Assembly: GCA_951406725.2 (NCBI GenBank)
Contig: OX597816.1
Location: 144,460,001-144,524,000 of the forward strand
Length of the DNA: 64,000 nucleotides
Direction: 5' to 3'
Source: Octopus vulgaris
Lineage: Eukaryota
The number at the start of each line of letters is the position of its first letter. Within the stretch, counting starts at the first letter, position 1. Made by a program: the position numbers and the translations under genes. The notes beneath the pieces were generated by a model. That model ran no database searches. It was not told where the DNA came from and worked only from the letters and a program-made list of their open reading frames with translations. This document shows, one piece after another, positions 26,884-40,805 of this stretch.

Positions 26884-28201
26884 CTGAAAATTTTACAATC
26901 ACAAGACAACAATTTAAAGTAGAGGTATGCAGTAATTCATATAATTGATCTTTCATCCTACTGGGGATTGATAAAATAGTTATCAGTCAAATATTAAGGT
27001 TTATATAATCAACTCTTTCCCTTTACCAGTATTAGTGACCTTGTGTATCACCACTGTCAAAATCCTTCTCACATACCTGATCTTCATGCTGGCATGGGTT
27101 GGACAGACCATTACAGTCTGAATCAGTTTTAATTTGGAGGTACTATCCTCCTAAATAAGTTAGAGGACCATATTGTACCCACATGTTCCATTTTCTCAAA
27201 TGGTTTCTGTGGCTTAATGTACTTTCTAATACCAACTATTTTATAGGGTATAGTGGGAGGATTTTATAGTTCTACCACAACTAGAAAAGTTTCATGTCCT
27301 GAACAGGACTGAAAAGTCTTCTCAACAAAAAAGTCTTGACTCATTTGACATTCAGTTTACAGAGGGTATTGAAGGCATTTTATTGTGACACCAGCACAAG
27401 TTTTGATGCCTTGTATCATGCAAGACTAAAAGGTATTAACTATTCTACATTATCTCTATGAATTCAAAGCAGCATATCTAAAAGGGTGAATAAAAGAAAG
27501 AATAATAGTAGAAAGCAAACTAAGGTGAGAAGGGAAAGAAGTGACTCAACAGGGCAATGGTGGCAGATGTCTAATAAATAGAACCAATCAACCATTGAGG
27601 AATTCCACTTCATTGATTATGACTTGTTGACCAAAAGACAAGCATTTAATGTTTAGGTATTTAGTTCAGACAATGTGTATGGGTTAGTTAATGAGATGCC
27701 AGACAATCAGTAAAGAAGTCAGTGGTCAAGACACTCATCTCACAATCATAAGTCTACCAGGCTTCAAAAAAGTTGTTAGGTTTACAGAGTTTACTTCAGA
27801 TGCTCCCATAAGTTTCCTGTAATAGATTGGTGGCATAAACAGAGGAATATGTGGCTCTCTTTCACTTAAGACAACAGAAACTAGAGTTAAGACATGGTCC
27901 AGTTCTTGTTACTTAATCCCAAACTCAGTCTGAATTAAGCTGACCTATGATCAGAGTCATTCAATCATGATATCTCATCTTCATATATATCTGATTTTAC
28001 ATTGTCTAACATGTTTTCCTTGCTTTAAGTTGGGCATGGCATGAAAGAATTTATTTGCTATTTCTAGCAGTTTAAGCCACCATGTAGGGATTTTCTTGTT
28101 TGCTCACTAAGACTTAATCATTGATTGAAATCATAGAAAAGCTGACTGAATATTTTCTACAACAATGAATGAAATAAGTAATCAAGTTTATTAGTGCTTA
28201 C

Positions 28202-28400
28202 TTTAAAGGCATCTTCATCAGCAACAATGCATAGAGTGAAACGTTGTCTTTCAAAGAAAGGAAATTTATCAGATTCCCTCACTTCATCACCCCATCCTTC
28301 ATCATAAGAGTTACAGACAACAGTGGCATCCCCAATTCGAGGGTTGAAATGGAAAGCGATGCTACTGCCGTCATAGTCAGTGGTGAAGTTGATATGAAAG
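28202..28400 (-). CDS. Galectin CRD1 exon b (FHINF...AFHFNPRIGDATVVCNSYDEGWGDEVR...AFK)
   Basis: 199 bp, tttcag/GTAAGC; complete sugar-binding motif; lies within ORF 28157..28471. Confidence 0.95.
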
Positions 28401-29339
28401 CTGAAAGAAAAGACAATGGCAGATATGGCAATATGTAACAATAAGACAAGATTATCACTTTCAAAATTCAATTAGGAAACTTCAAGTCAATGATGGATCC
28501 TTCTCCATGATTACTCAACTAGTGAATATTTAATAAAATCTCCTTTGAATCATATTTTATGATTTTAATAATGGAAAGATAAATTGTATAGTAATGTTTC
28601 ATATGGATATATATGGTATTTGAACTTTTATAAGGTAGAATTTGATTTACAATTAGTATCAAATTTTCAAAGGGAAAAAAAATTTACATTTATAAACTGG
28701 TGAAATAGAAAATCCATGGAAATTAGAAGTGGTCAGTAATGGCAAATAATATATTTAAGAAGTGTGGAAAGTGGAATGAATTATTTTACTATGAGGAAGA
28801 AGAGTAGTTTGAAATTTCCAGCAGGATACTTCAAAGATAATGATAATATGAAATAAAGAGGATTGGTTAATGTTGCTATGCGAAGTAAGGACATTCTAGG
28901 TTGCTATTTTACATCAAAATTTTAAGCTCTGATGGAGGGTTGCATTTTTCTTGTTTTGAACATTTGAATATTTCTAGAGCTGTTACTTTTACTGCCTTGA
29001 TACCTTCCCTTGATACTAATTACTAGACTGGGAAAGTGGAACTTGCTTGCCATTCAGGCATAGTATTACTCCAGTTCACAGAATGCAATGGCGGAGGTGG
29101 GTAATTGTAATAATAGTTTTTTTTTATTTACTTTAGTCATTGGACTGTGGTCATACTGGGACAAATGAACTTATTTTAAGTTTGATACTTATTCTGTCCA
29201 TCTCTTTTTGCTGAACCACTAAGATAAGGGGGAGTAAACAAATCAACACCAGCCACTATGCAGTGAGAAAAACACAAGGATGGACACATACACACACACA
29301 CACACAAATATTGTGTGTGTGTACAAAGGAACAAAATGA

Positions 29340-30445
29340 TTGGTGATTTGCTATGCTCAAGAAGACCTACCAGTTATGTCAGCAGGTTTAAAACTGAAAG
29401 TATTACATGAATGCACACAACAGGGTCCCTCAACCAGAGTCCTTTATGAAGTCTACAGCTGCTGCAATTTGTTTTATCCTTTCCATTTTCCTCTCCTCCC
29501 ACTGCAACTGATCCTTTCCCTCAAGGCTCTTCCTGTTGACATCCTTCCCTCAATCTTATCATTGTCATCTCCTTAAATTTACCCTAACTTTTTAGTTATT
29601 CATCCCACCTCTGTTTTATCCCTCTCTCACTCTTGCAACCTTTAACCCTATCCTCATCTCCTTATCACTAATCCTGCCATCACTCTCCTATCAAATGCAT
29701 TATCCTGCTCTGTAATAGAACCTATTGCTACAAACCATTCTACTACACCACTTCTGTACTGCCAATCACCATTTCTTTCTGAGCTACTCCAAACTAACAT
29801 CCATCTATCATTTTTATCATCCTTACTCATCATATCTATCATTGATCACCCCTACTCCTGTTCATTATTCACTATATTCACCACATATGTACATCTGACC
29901 CACTCCAGCTCATGTTTATATCTATCGCTCATATTCCTTTTATTCTCTTGCAACCTAATCTACCCTTGCTGATAATCCTGCCTCCATGCTCTCCTCAATT
30001 TACTTTTTTGGCCATTTTATCTTGAGAATCTGTTCTGGAACCTCATCATCTTCATGTTCTGGAACCTCATTGTCTTCATATTTACCTCTCTTTGTGGCAC
30101 AACACCAGTCCCCTAACCCACATTCATGTAAAAAGCATTGTATCTATGAATCTCCTGCTGACAAACCTATTCCATTTTTGCCCATCATACATTAACCTCA
30201 CATGTTGCATAAAGCAACCACTATCCCCTATTCTCTCTCTGACGTGACTCTTTATTACAAGTTACAAGGCAACGTCATTAGAATTGGTGCCATGAAAAAA
30301 GCACTATGTACATTCTGTAAAGTAGTTGGTATTGAAAGCCATGCCAAAAGTGGAACAAGGTGAGATTCTCCAACCTGCTGGATCATATCTAACCATCCAA
30401 CAGGGAAAGTAAATGAAGAAAATGATTGATGATGAGGATGATATA
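29340..30445 (+). mobile_element. Highly degenerate RTE 3' region with a long pyrimidine-rich UTR (resembles 785-1865, opposite strand)
   Basis: Starts with a decayed ORF end (tggtgatttgctatgctcaagaagacc) and ends in a decayed RTE terminus with gatgatgaggatgat. Confidence 0.5.
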
Positions 30446-30665
30446 TATTTACAATGAACTTCTATACAATTTCCAGCTACCAAATTCATTCACAAGGCTA
30501 TGGTAGAAAACTTTTGCCTAAGATGCCATGCTATGGGAATGAACCTGAAATCATGTTTGTAATGTGAACTTAACTACAAAGCTATGCCTTCACTTAAAAT
30601 AGTAATAGATGCTATTTTTTAATGAGAGTCAGAGGAGGAAAGGCTATATCTATGACTATTTAGGT

Positions 30666-31012
30666 CAGTGATTCTCAAACGGAGTCTACATAGCTCCTGG
30701 GAGTCCATATAAGATCTTGGTGGTGTCCATGCAAGTAAAATTGTAAACTAGATCCATAGCAGTATTTTAAGGGCCCTTGAAAAATTTTGCTTTAGATGTA
30801 TGTATTGGTGTATATTGCAAGAAATAGCTTAGCTTCCTTCTCTAACATTTTACATACTTCACCCTACACAAGTTAATGTGTGAAAAACAAAATAGGAATT
30901 TTCAAAGAAGTTTCTATTAAACTAACTTTTAAACATCGAATGGCTATGGGGTCCACCAAAATAAAATAGTAACCAAAGGGGTCCATAGATAAAATGTGGT
31001 TGAGAACCCCCA
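30666..31012. mobile_element. hAT-type MITE
   Basis: TIR cagtgattctcaa / ttgagaaccccca; near-TSD atttaggt / atttagag. Confidence 0.72.
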
Positions 31013-34000
31013 ATTTAGAGTTTCTGAGATTAGTGGGAGGTTCTAAGATGACCTAGCCTGAATGCTTTTGCAGAGTCAGCTCTGCAAAAGGCACCCCAAG
31101 TTACAAGGTGTTGGTGTTAAACAAGTATACTCCTCAAGAACTGGAATGGTTTCTCTAATGGATTTCTATAGGGTTTCAAACCACCAAATTTCATTGACAA
31201 GGTCCTGTGAAAACATATAGTCGAGTGGGATTGAACTCAAAACTTCAATTGCATAGCTGTACCTGTGACAATAGCAGGGTAGTAGCGGCAGCAGCATTAG
31301 CAGTAGTAAAAACTAAGTCATAAACAAAGTCCACTATCTGCTGATGAAATGAAATTAACTTTGTTCAAAGGTCTATCGAATTTAAAGAGAACTGTTGATA
31401 ATTTATACTAAGTAAAATAGAAACAATAGGTATTAAAAATCAGTAAAAAAAAAATGCTCGAGAAACAATTTTGTCTGAATCATTGAACATTCTTTCCAAA
31501 GTTAGTGATATTTTTACTTTTATCTTATCATTAAAACTTAGTCATTTCCTCAACTAAAAACTAACACTTAAACAAACCAACAAGAGAGCCTCAACACTGG
31601 TTTATTCAGTATGCTAGAAATAACACCGACATCTCTCATTGGCCAGTGAGTGCTTGTATGCATTAACTAACAAGTCAGATTGTGTATCAACAATAACATT
31701 ATCTAATGTGTTCTTTTCAAGACAGTAAAGTGTGATTTGAGGGATATTTGGTTTCTTATTTCTAGGAGGTTGATCAGCTGTTTAGAGTCTTCTTCATTGG
31801 CTCATAATATAAATAATAACCTTACTTGTTGAGAGATGGCGAGCAGAAAAATGTCATTCTAAGAAGAATCTAAAAATGTGGGAGTTAAGATATGTATGGG
31901 CCAGATGTGAACAATAACCTATAAAATTAGACTTTGTCACATGTTGAAGCCTTATTTGTGGATATAAGAGGAGTTAATTGTTTTAAAAAATAATAATATC
32001 AATGTAAGTGATTGTTAGCATCTAAAAATGTAGATCTACAGATTAATAGTCTGTTGGATTGTCACTCAAATGAAAAAGATTCCAATTATATCTGTTGCAC
32101 TTATAACAACAACCCACACATTTAAATCCAACTATTCTTATTCTCTTCAGTATATTCACCACATATTAAAAATAAAAAATAAAAGCACAAATGTTAATTA
32201 GATTTTTGATGTTCTGTCTTAAATATTTTCATCTCTTCTTGCCTTAATTTTCAGTGAGGATGGAAATATAATAATTAATCAAAGCAACTTTTTAAGTACT
32301 TATTTTACATAACTTTAACCTTACTTAGTTATTCTCTTACTTAGCAAGCTTGGTAAAAATCTGTTTTATTGAAGAGGTCTAAAATGACCGAAACATGACT
32401 AGAGTTGTCTCACATATTTACCAAAAAAATTAATAGCTACTGAGCTTATGTTCTCATCTCTTCACTGCATTAATTTTCTAATTGTATTTTGGATACTCTC
32501 TATTAAATCTATCAACTCCATACTAAACTACAAATCACTGTCATAAATAGTTATGTGTATAGCTTAATACTGCAAAAAAGCAAGAGTACTGGACTTGCAG
32601 TACTGAGTTCAATTTGTCTTATAAGTCTACTAAATCTTCAATGATCTTTATGTAGTTGGGTAAGTTTGTTTGTTTTTTCATTCATTTTACATTCATTTTT
32701 CAATGTTAGTATGGGCCATATTATTGAGGCATTGTTTTTACAGCTGGATATCTTTTCCATTGCTAACCTTCATCTATTTTTCAAGTAAGGGAGTTTTAAT
32801 TCTATTTGCCTTTGAAAACACAGCGCCACTAGAAAATCTTTTGAAGAAATGTCAGCAAGTATCCCAATCACAAATTTTTACAGAAGTGCAAATTATAAAC
32901 AGACACCCTCTATCCACACACTATGAGCTTCGTACAGTTTCTCTCAACCAAATTCACTAACACGCCATTGGTTGGCTTGTGGCTATAGTAGATGAGATTT
33001 ACCCTAGCTGCTGTGCAGTATGACTGACCCTGAAACCACGTGGTTGTGAAGCAAGCTTCTTAATTGCATAGTCATGCACAACTATAAACTGAAGATTTGT
33101 CAAAAGCCATTATTCAGCTCAGGCCATCCCTCACCAAACAGACTTATGATCAATGTCATCCCAGCTGCTACTGTGACCATTCCATCTTTTCAAGGATGTG
33201 TTGGGCAGCATTATTAATGTATCCTTTTCTTTTCTTAGATGGTAGGATATGCTTGAGGTAGGTTTGTATGTTATCACTAATCTAATAAGTCTAGCAACTA
33301 TGTAGAGGTTCCCTCAATTATAAAATATTGCAAAAGTAAAAAAAGGTTTTATGTTATAGATTATATGTATTAATGTATAAATGGACACATACTCCCCCTT
33401 TCTCACATGCCATACCTCTCGTGCAAACAATAGAGTACATAACACAGAAACAAAAATATCTACAATGTTTATATAGAACGTCACTCTCAGCCAACAAAGG
33501 AATCTCTGTGTGGTCACTGGAGCCATGAGAAATAACAGCCAAATCTCTCACACTACACCCTACTGGCTAACAAAAAAAAAAATGGAAAATGTATGGGAAC
33601 TCCTGACAAGAAGGCATAGTTGAAAAATGTTTTTGATCATAATTTTAATTAGTGAGAGCTGACTTGGGATTAACAAAAATTCACAGTAACAAATCTTGAT
33701 ATTTCAATATCAAATGTTAAAGAAAGCACGATAAGATTTTATAAATCTTATTATAAATAAATAAAAAAAAATTGAAACAAAACAGAAGTGTTTTACTATT
33801 AATATATAACATTTAACATTTATCTCTCCAGATACAAAAAAAGTTCTACTTTCCTAGATTTGAGTATGGTAGTGTGCTGGGGTGGAAATTTACATTTTTA
33901 TTTTTGTTAATTATTCTTTACTTCTTAAAGCTAAAAGTTAAATGTTCAACGAAATAAAAGTAGAATAACAATAGATCAAGTTTATTATTTGTTTCTGAAA

Positions 34001-34029
34001 ATCAAATGGAAATTGTAGTTGTGATCCCC

Positions 34030-34343
34030 ATGCTGGTGGCACATAAAAAGCACCATCCGAATGTGGTCGATGTCAGCGCTGTCTTGACTGGCTTCTGTGC
34101 CGGTGACACGTAAAAAGCACCAACCAATCGTTGTCAGCCTCCTGGCCCCTGTGCTGGTGGCATATAAAAAGCACCAACTATACTCATGGAGTGGTTGGCG
34201 TTAGGAAGGGAATCCAGCTGTAGAAACACAGCCAGATCAGACTGGAGCCTGGTGCAGCCTCCTGGCTTCCCAGACCGCAGTCGAACCGTCCAGCCCATGC
34301 TAGCATGGAAAACGGACGTTAAACGATGATGATGATGATGGTG
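34030..34343 (+). mobile_element. RTE 3'-end fragment
   Basis: ggtggcacataaaaagcacc repeats ending ...ggacgttaaacgatgatgat. Confidence 0.88.
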
Positions 34344-34855
34344 ATTATTCCTTGGCAAGTTAATATCAAACAAGTGCTTCACTGATGCTAAACTTGTCCT
34401 GAAGCAACATTGAAATTATGTCCTACAACCTTCTGGGAAGGAGAAAAAAATGGAAGGATTTGGGGATATTTATGCATAAATACATGTAGCTTGGTGAGAG
34501 AGAGAGAGAAGGAGAGAGAATAAGTGATTAGGTATGAGTGTAATATCTGGAGTGCTCTTGATTGTGAATCTCTTGATTCAGGTTGTTCAACAGCTGGGAA
34601 GTCTTTTTGTGGTCATCTGACATAGTAGAGATGGCAGCTGTGTCACTCTTAGGCCACATCCCTGCTGTTATGAAAGAGACCAAAATGTACTGGACAATGG
34701 TGTAGTTCTTGATATACAAAAAGACAGGATGGTCACACCTAGAATACTTTTGATCATATGCCTGCTTGATCAGAGATGACTTGGGGGCTAAACAACAACA
34801 AAAGTATAAGGTGTCTAGAAAGGAGGAAGCCAACAGCTACAACTTCATTATTTAA

Positions 34856-35331
34856 CCCTTTAGAATTTAAACCAGCCATACCAGGTCTAAATATTCTACC
34901 TGTTTATGTTCAAACTGGCTGAATGAAGTCTCTCACTCCTATCCTACAATCATCATCATCGTTTAACATCTGCTTTCCATGCTATCATGGGTTGGACGAT
35001 TTGACTGAGGACTGGTGAACCAGATGGCTGCACCAGGCTCCAATCTTGATCTGGCAAAGTTTCTACAGCTGGATGCCCTTCCAACGCCAACCACTTCGAG
35101 AGGGACCAGTCAGGTGGTACTGGCAATGACCTCGCTTGAATGTTTTTTCCTGTGCCAGTAAGGCGACGCTGGTAATGATCACGCTCGAATGGTGCCTTTT
35201 ACGTGCCACCAGCATGGAAGCCAGTTAGCTGCTTTGGCAAAGATCATACTTGGATGATACTCTTAGCACCCAATTCAAAATGTGAATAAATTAAGCATTA
35301 CATTTGACAGAGTAATTTGAATGCTGAAGGG
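34856..35331. mobile_element. Second piggyBac-type MITE family with a nested minus-strand RTE 3' fragment (about 34950-35270)
   Basis: ttaaCCCTT...AAGGGttaa; the interior matches partial copies at about 22785-23000 and 57100-57319. Confidence 0.78.
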
Positions 35332-36019
35332 TTAAACTAATATCTGTGAAATACCAAAGGTAAGATTGTGAGTACTCCACAGTCACAAACAGACAATATA
35401 GTTATGCAGAATTCAGTATGACAATATTTAACAAGGCTGAGACAATCCATTTGACAGGTTTTTCACTTTTGGTCTATCCTATTTCATTTACAAGGCTTGA
35501 TCAATTAGAAGCTGTTGTAGAAAGATGCTGAGCTGTAGGATTGAACCTGAGACATCATGACTGCAAAGTACATTTATCAACTATTCAATTATGTTTGCAT
35601 CCACATACCTTTATATTCACTTTTGTTTTTATCTCGTGATAGCATGTATGTATTTTAAGTAGCCATCATGGTTCTTCTACGATATAATTACTGGGACAAT
35701 TATCATATTACAATTGATGGAGACTATGATGGATATTCTTAAGTGTGTGTGGGTGTAGGTGTGTGTGGGAGGAGGATAAACTAAGTAAATAGACAACCAA
35801 CCGAAACATAAAAACCTATCAAATAACCAAAAACATAGCATCACTTCCAAATAAGGAAAGCAAAGTAAATCTACAACAAATACTAAAGCAAATAAGCATC
35901 AACAAAAACAAACATAGCCACTATAACATATGTACTCTGGTGTTTCATGAGACTAGATTAACCTAGTTCTAATTTATAAAACTGCAGACAATAAATAGCA
36001 ACAGGTATTAAGTGTTTTA

Positions 36020-36067
<48 letters not shown>

Positions 36068-38489
36068 GTGTGTGTGTGTGTGATATACACAAACATGATT
36101 TCATATAGTTGCTATGGATATATATCTACCTGTTAAGAACTGTTCTTCTCATACCACTATCACCACAACATTCTTTCCTCACATCTATTGCTCATTTTAA
36201 AAGGTAAATATCATTAGTTAGCAAACTGTCTATACAACCCACTGCTACATTCAAACTCTTTCGCTTTATTCTGCTGGGTAACATAGGGAGTGACGGTAAG
36301 AGTGTGATAACATAAGTGTAGATGAGTGCTTGTAGGTGTGTGTTTAATATAACAAATAAAAAGAAATTGTGGTATCCACCCAATAATTAGTTATTTTTTT
36401 TCTTTTTCAAATATTTTTCAATTTTATTATTTTTTTTACTTTCAGAAGAATGATCTCATGATTAACAGACTGAACAACAATCATTTGGCTCTCAAAAAGA
36501 ATTCTAAAGAATAAAGGTTGATATCTTCATAGCAGGTCTGAAATAAAATACTGACAGGGTGTCATTTGGTTTCACACCACCACTGAACTCCTTGGGCATC
36601 TTTAGCAGAGTCCATTCTTCACTCTGTTAAAAGCATGTGGGTTAAATTGTTAGTCTGAGGATACATTTTTCTCTCCCTCTCACCAGTCTTAGATGTTCTG
36701 TAAAAGTCATGAGCACTGATTTTTATGCCTGACCAAAAGATAATAAAAGTTTAACCCCGCCCCCTGTACTTTACAAAAGAACTGATAAGTGTAAGTCATT
36801 TGTTGATTTATTATAAAGATTTGATACTTTCAGATTAATTCTTGTACAATACATTGTAAAATTCTTGTACAGTTTATTATCATCATTTTTAACATCCAGT
36901 TTTCCATGCATGTATGGCTCAAGCAGAATTTGTTGTGACAAATATTTTTACAGCTGGATGCCCATCCTGTTGCCAACCCTCACCTGTTTGCAAGCAAGTT
37001 AATATTTTTTCCTATGGTCAGGCATGTTTTCATGTAGGACTGGAAATGAAGGACACAACATGGATGACAATGACATATATTTTGTAACTATTGCATGATG
37101 ACAAAACAAGAAAACACAAACAACCTCCTCATATATATACATTGATCCAATGGGCTTCTTTCAATTTCCATTTACCTAAACCATTCCCAAGGATTGGTTG
37201 GCAAGGGTTTACAGTGGAAGATACTTGTCTAGTATGACATGCAATTGGACTGAACCAAAAACCATACAGTTGGGAGGTAAACTTAATCATAGATCCAAGC
37301 TTGCACATATCAACAGCATCAAATTTTAAACTTAGTTTACAAAGATTCCTAGTTCAAATCCAATCTGGGGCTATGTACATATTCAGGAATATGATACCAG
37401 ATAACAATTGTGGACCAATTCAATTGAAACACAGATATAAACAGAAAAATCATAATTTTATTGATGCAGGTTAAAAAGTCTGTTTCTCAGAAATAATTTT
37501 GGGGTCTGTCGCACTGTGTGACATCTTGGGCAAGTGCTCTGGAGGTTCACACATTTCATATCAAATATGTTCATAAGCTAACTAATCTTTTACTGAATTA
37601 CAAATTTTTTGCAATTGTTTTCTTATCTATCACAGCTAACTTTCCTAATGGAAGGAATGGTTCTCAGCAATTCATGCCAACAAAATGCTTGTCAGTTTCG
37701 CAAAGTCAGCATTTCTTACAGCTGTGAATTATAACACATGTAATTAATAGAGATTACAAGGTAGTCTTTAAGTGGCCATTTAATCTGCTAGAGATAATAG
37801 CCAAGCTCAAATCACAGACTACCATCTTAAAATAAAGAAATAAAAAATTAATTGATGTGATTTCAGATATGCTATATCTAGAGTTACAAAAACGCCAGGA
37901 AGATCAGCTAGAATGATTCAGTCTGCTTGATTAAGGAAAATGAGGGACTAAACAACAGCTACTTCCTATTTGAAGCTAGATGAGCCAACAAAAGAGCATA
38001 TACAACCTGCTTGAAATAGCTAAATTCCTCAAATCACATTCTACTATCTTAAAGACACATTTGACAAAAGTCCTAGAAATGCAAAAAGACTGGAATACCT
38101 TTTATCATGAATCTAGGACCGAAAAAACAACTTGAAGCTAAGTAGAATGTTGTTGACAATTAAGTATCCTGGTCACAGATGATAACATTATTGAGGATAG
38201 GAAAAGAAATAATTCTTTGTGCATAATATCTCACTGTTCTCTGAAAAAATGTCACAGATTCCAGCATCAATGCTTTCTTAATAACGTTCATAGTTTAAAT
38301 AAACATTCTTGAAATTAAGTACAGTTAGATATAGATTAAAGGTTACACTTAAATGTTTAGATAAAAATAGAAAAATTAATAGTTTAATCATTATGTGTAG
38401 TAAACAAACTTGAAAGTTAAAAACTATTTTTTACAGTTTTGCCAAAGAAAAGGTTTGTTACTATGACCTTTTAATTTTTCAGAGTCTGA

Positions 38490-38740
38490 GACGTGCTGGT
38501 GGCACGTAAAAAGCACCAACCAATCGTGGCCGATGCCAGCCTCGCCTGGCACCTGTGCTGGTGGCACGTAAAAAGTACCCACTACACTCATGGAGTGGTT
38601 GGCGTTAGGAAGGGTATCCAGCTGTAGAAACACTGTCAGATCGGACTGGGCCTGGTGCAGCCTCCTGGCTTCCCAGACCTTGGTTGAACCGTCCAACCCG
38701 TGCTAGCACAGAAAATGGACGTTAAACGATGATAATGATG
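38490..38740 (+). mobile_element. RTE 3'-end fragment
   Basis: Same terminal sequence and (GAT)n tail; a similar + copy lies at about 5775-5990. Confidence 0.88.
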
Positions 38741-39708
38741 AGACTGAAAAGGAAGTAGATATCATAAAACTAGAGACTTGGTCCAATTTCTCAGCAGAAT
38801 GACATCCATTAAAAGTGTCCAAGGAATGAAGTGAAGATGTTAAACTGGATGATAGATTTAATGCAACAAAAATATACACATCCAATGCTCCAACAATTCC
38901 ACTAAAACATCACTATGGCATACTACTTTATTTCGGTAACCCTGAATGGGTGAAAGGCAAAGTTGATTAGTGGCCTTTGAACTCAAGAGGGCAGTGCCGA
39001 GAGCCAGAACAAATACTACAGTTTATTGACTCACTCAGTTCAACACATATTCCTGAGTTTAATAACAGCTTTTTTGTTTTTATAAGAATGGTCCCCTCTT
39101 ACGCCTATTTTTTAACTTTTAAACATAAGTATATATGATATGATAAACAACCAATTGTCTCCAAATTATCTTCCCAGTTAGCTATTGTAGTAAGACAATT
39201 GTTTTTTGTGGCTCTTGTTTTGCCTCTATCCTGGTCAGACAGACCTATGATAAAACGCATTTCAAACCACTGTCCTTTTTGTATGGAATATTTTTTCTTT
39301 TTCAAGATTGTGGTGTGTGGTCTGGGGGTTATTTGGTTGCTATATTTAGAATATTGAACAATTACATAAAGGCTACTTCATTGACTTGTTCTGACCTTGT
39401 GTAGGTTTTATTTATAACTGCTATTCCCCATTTCCCCTTAATTTTGACCCAGTTGTAAACTAGCAGGACAAGAAATAATGAATTGTATGCAAATAGACAA
39501 GCACATGTCTCATGAGAGAACAAAAACAAAATACAGCAAACATGAAATCAATAGAAATTTGGCAGAAAATACAACTAAGCACACTGAAGACTCAAAATAT
39601 ATTGTAAAAGAGAATTTTCACTCTTATAATGAAATAACAATTACTTTTAGTGAACACAGGTGGCATAGAAATAAAAGAACTGTGTTTAAAATGATAACAT
39701 ATAATTAC

Positions 39709-39797
39709 CCATCACATCCATCTTGAGCAAAACCACTGAATATGAATTGTTTTCCAGCTCTTACACCGCCAGTGATATGGTGGACAGATGGTGTGGG
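39709..39797 (-). CDS. Galectin CRD1 exon a (PTPSVHHITGGVRAGKQFIFSGFAQDGCDG)
   Basis: 89 bp, tttcag/GTAATT, phase 0 to 2; same size as the first exons of CRD2 and CRD4. Confidence 0.88.
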
Positions 39798-40805
39798 CTG
39801 AAACAAGATATAAATATATCAAATGTTATATACAGTTTAATAATAACAAATTCAAATATAATTTTTCCAACTTAAACTATACGATGTCCCTGTACATTGT
39901 TGTTCACAATGTGCTACCATCCTTCTCTTACACTGCTCTTTTTTCCATCTGGGCCTGCATTGTTTGACTAAATCATCGTATTGTCTTGGGAAAGGAACAG
40001 AGGTTTTCTATATGGTCTCTTTCAATCTCTTGGATACCACTAGACAGATTGTGAGTGGAAAATTATTTTTAATCCTTTGAAATCATGACCATAATGGAAT
40101 GGATATTCATTTTCTCTAATGAAAATTACTCTTAAAAGGCACAAGGGAGAAAACTCTGAAAATATTTCAATTGAGTAAAATTAAAAGGAAACTAATTTTG
40201 ATTAAAGCTAATGAATTTTCTTATGGTTATAATTTCAATTGAAAATTATTTTTGGTTGATACATTGAATGCAGTATCTACATGTAACTATAAGTTTGTGC
40301 AAAAATCATTTTCCAATGTCAGTGCGTGTGTGTGTGCGCATGTGTGTGTGCGCATGTGTGTGTGCATGCATGTGCATGTGTGTGTTTTGTGTTAAAAAGA
40401 AGTGAGAGAAATCACTATATGTTGAGTATATTTATTTGCAGATATCTATTAACAAATATTAATTTTTTTCTTTGCCAACAAAGGATCACACATACACACA
40501 AGGGTTTAATAGTTTTGGTTTGCAGTCAGGACATCGTGGATTTGATCCCACCATATGGCATTGTGTGCAATTCTTTTATCATAGCATCAGTTCAACACAA
40601 ACCTAGCGAATAAAATTGGGTCAATTGAAATTATTTAGAAGTCTGCAGCTGTAATTTAATGCTGCATTTATTCACATTGATTCTAATTGAAAATTAAATT
40701 AAGAGGAAGCATAAAATTGGAATACTCAGCTACTTCACATGCTTATTGAATGAGTAGAGTAATTCAGTCAATTGAACAAATGGCTGCCAGGAAGGCTATC
40801 ATATA

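Noticed and set aside
31826-31918. Splice-site-bounded segment tested as CRD1 exon a
   Set aside because: Stops in all three frames; the real exon is 39709-39797.
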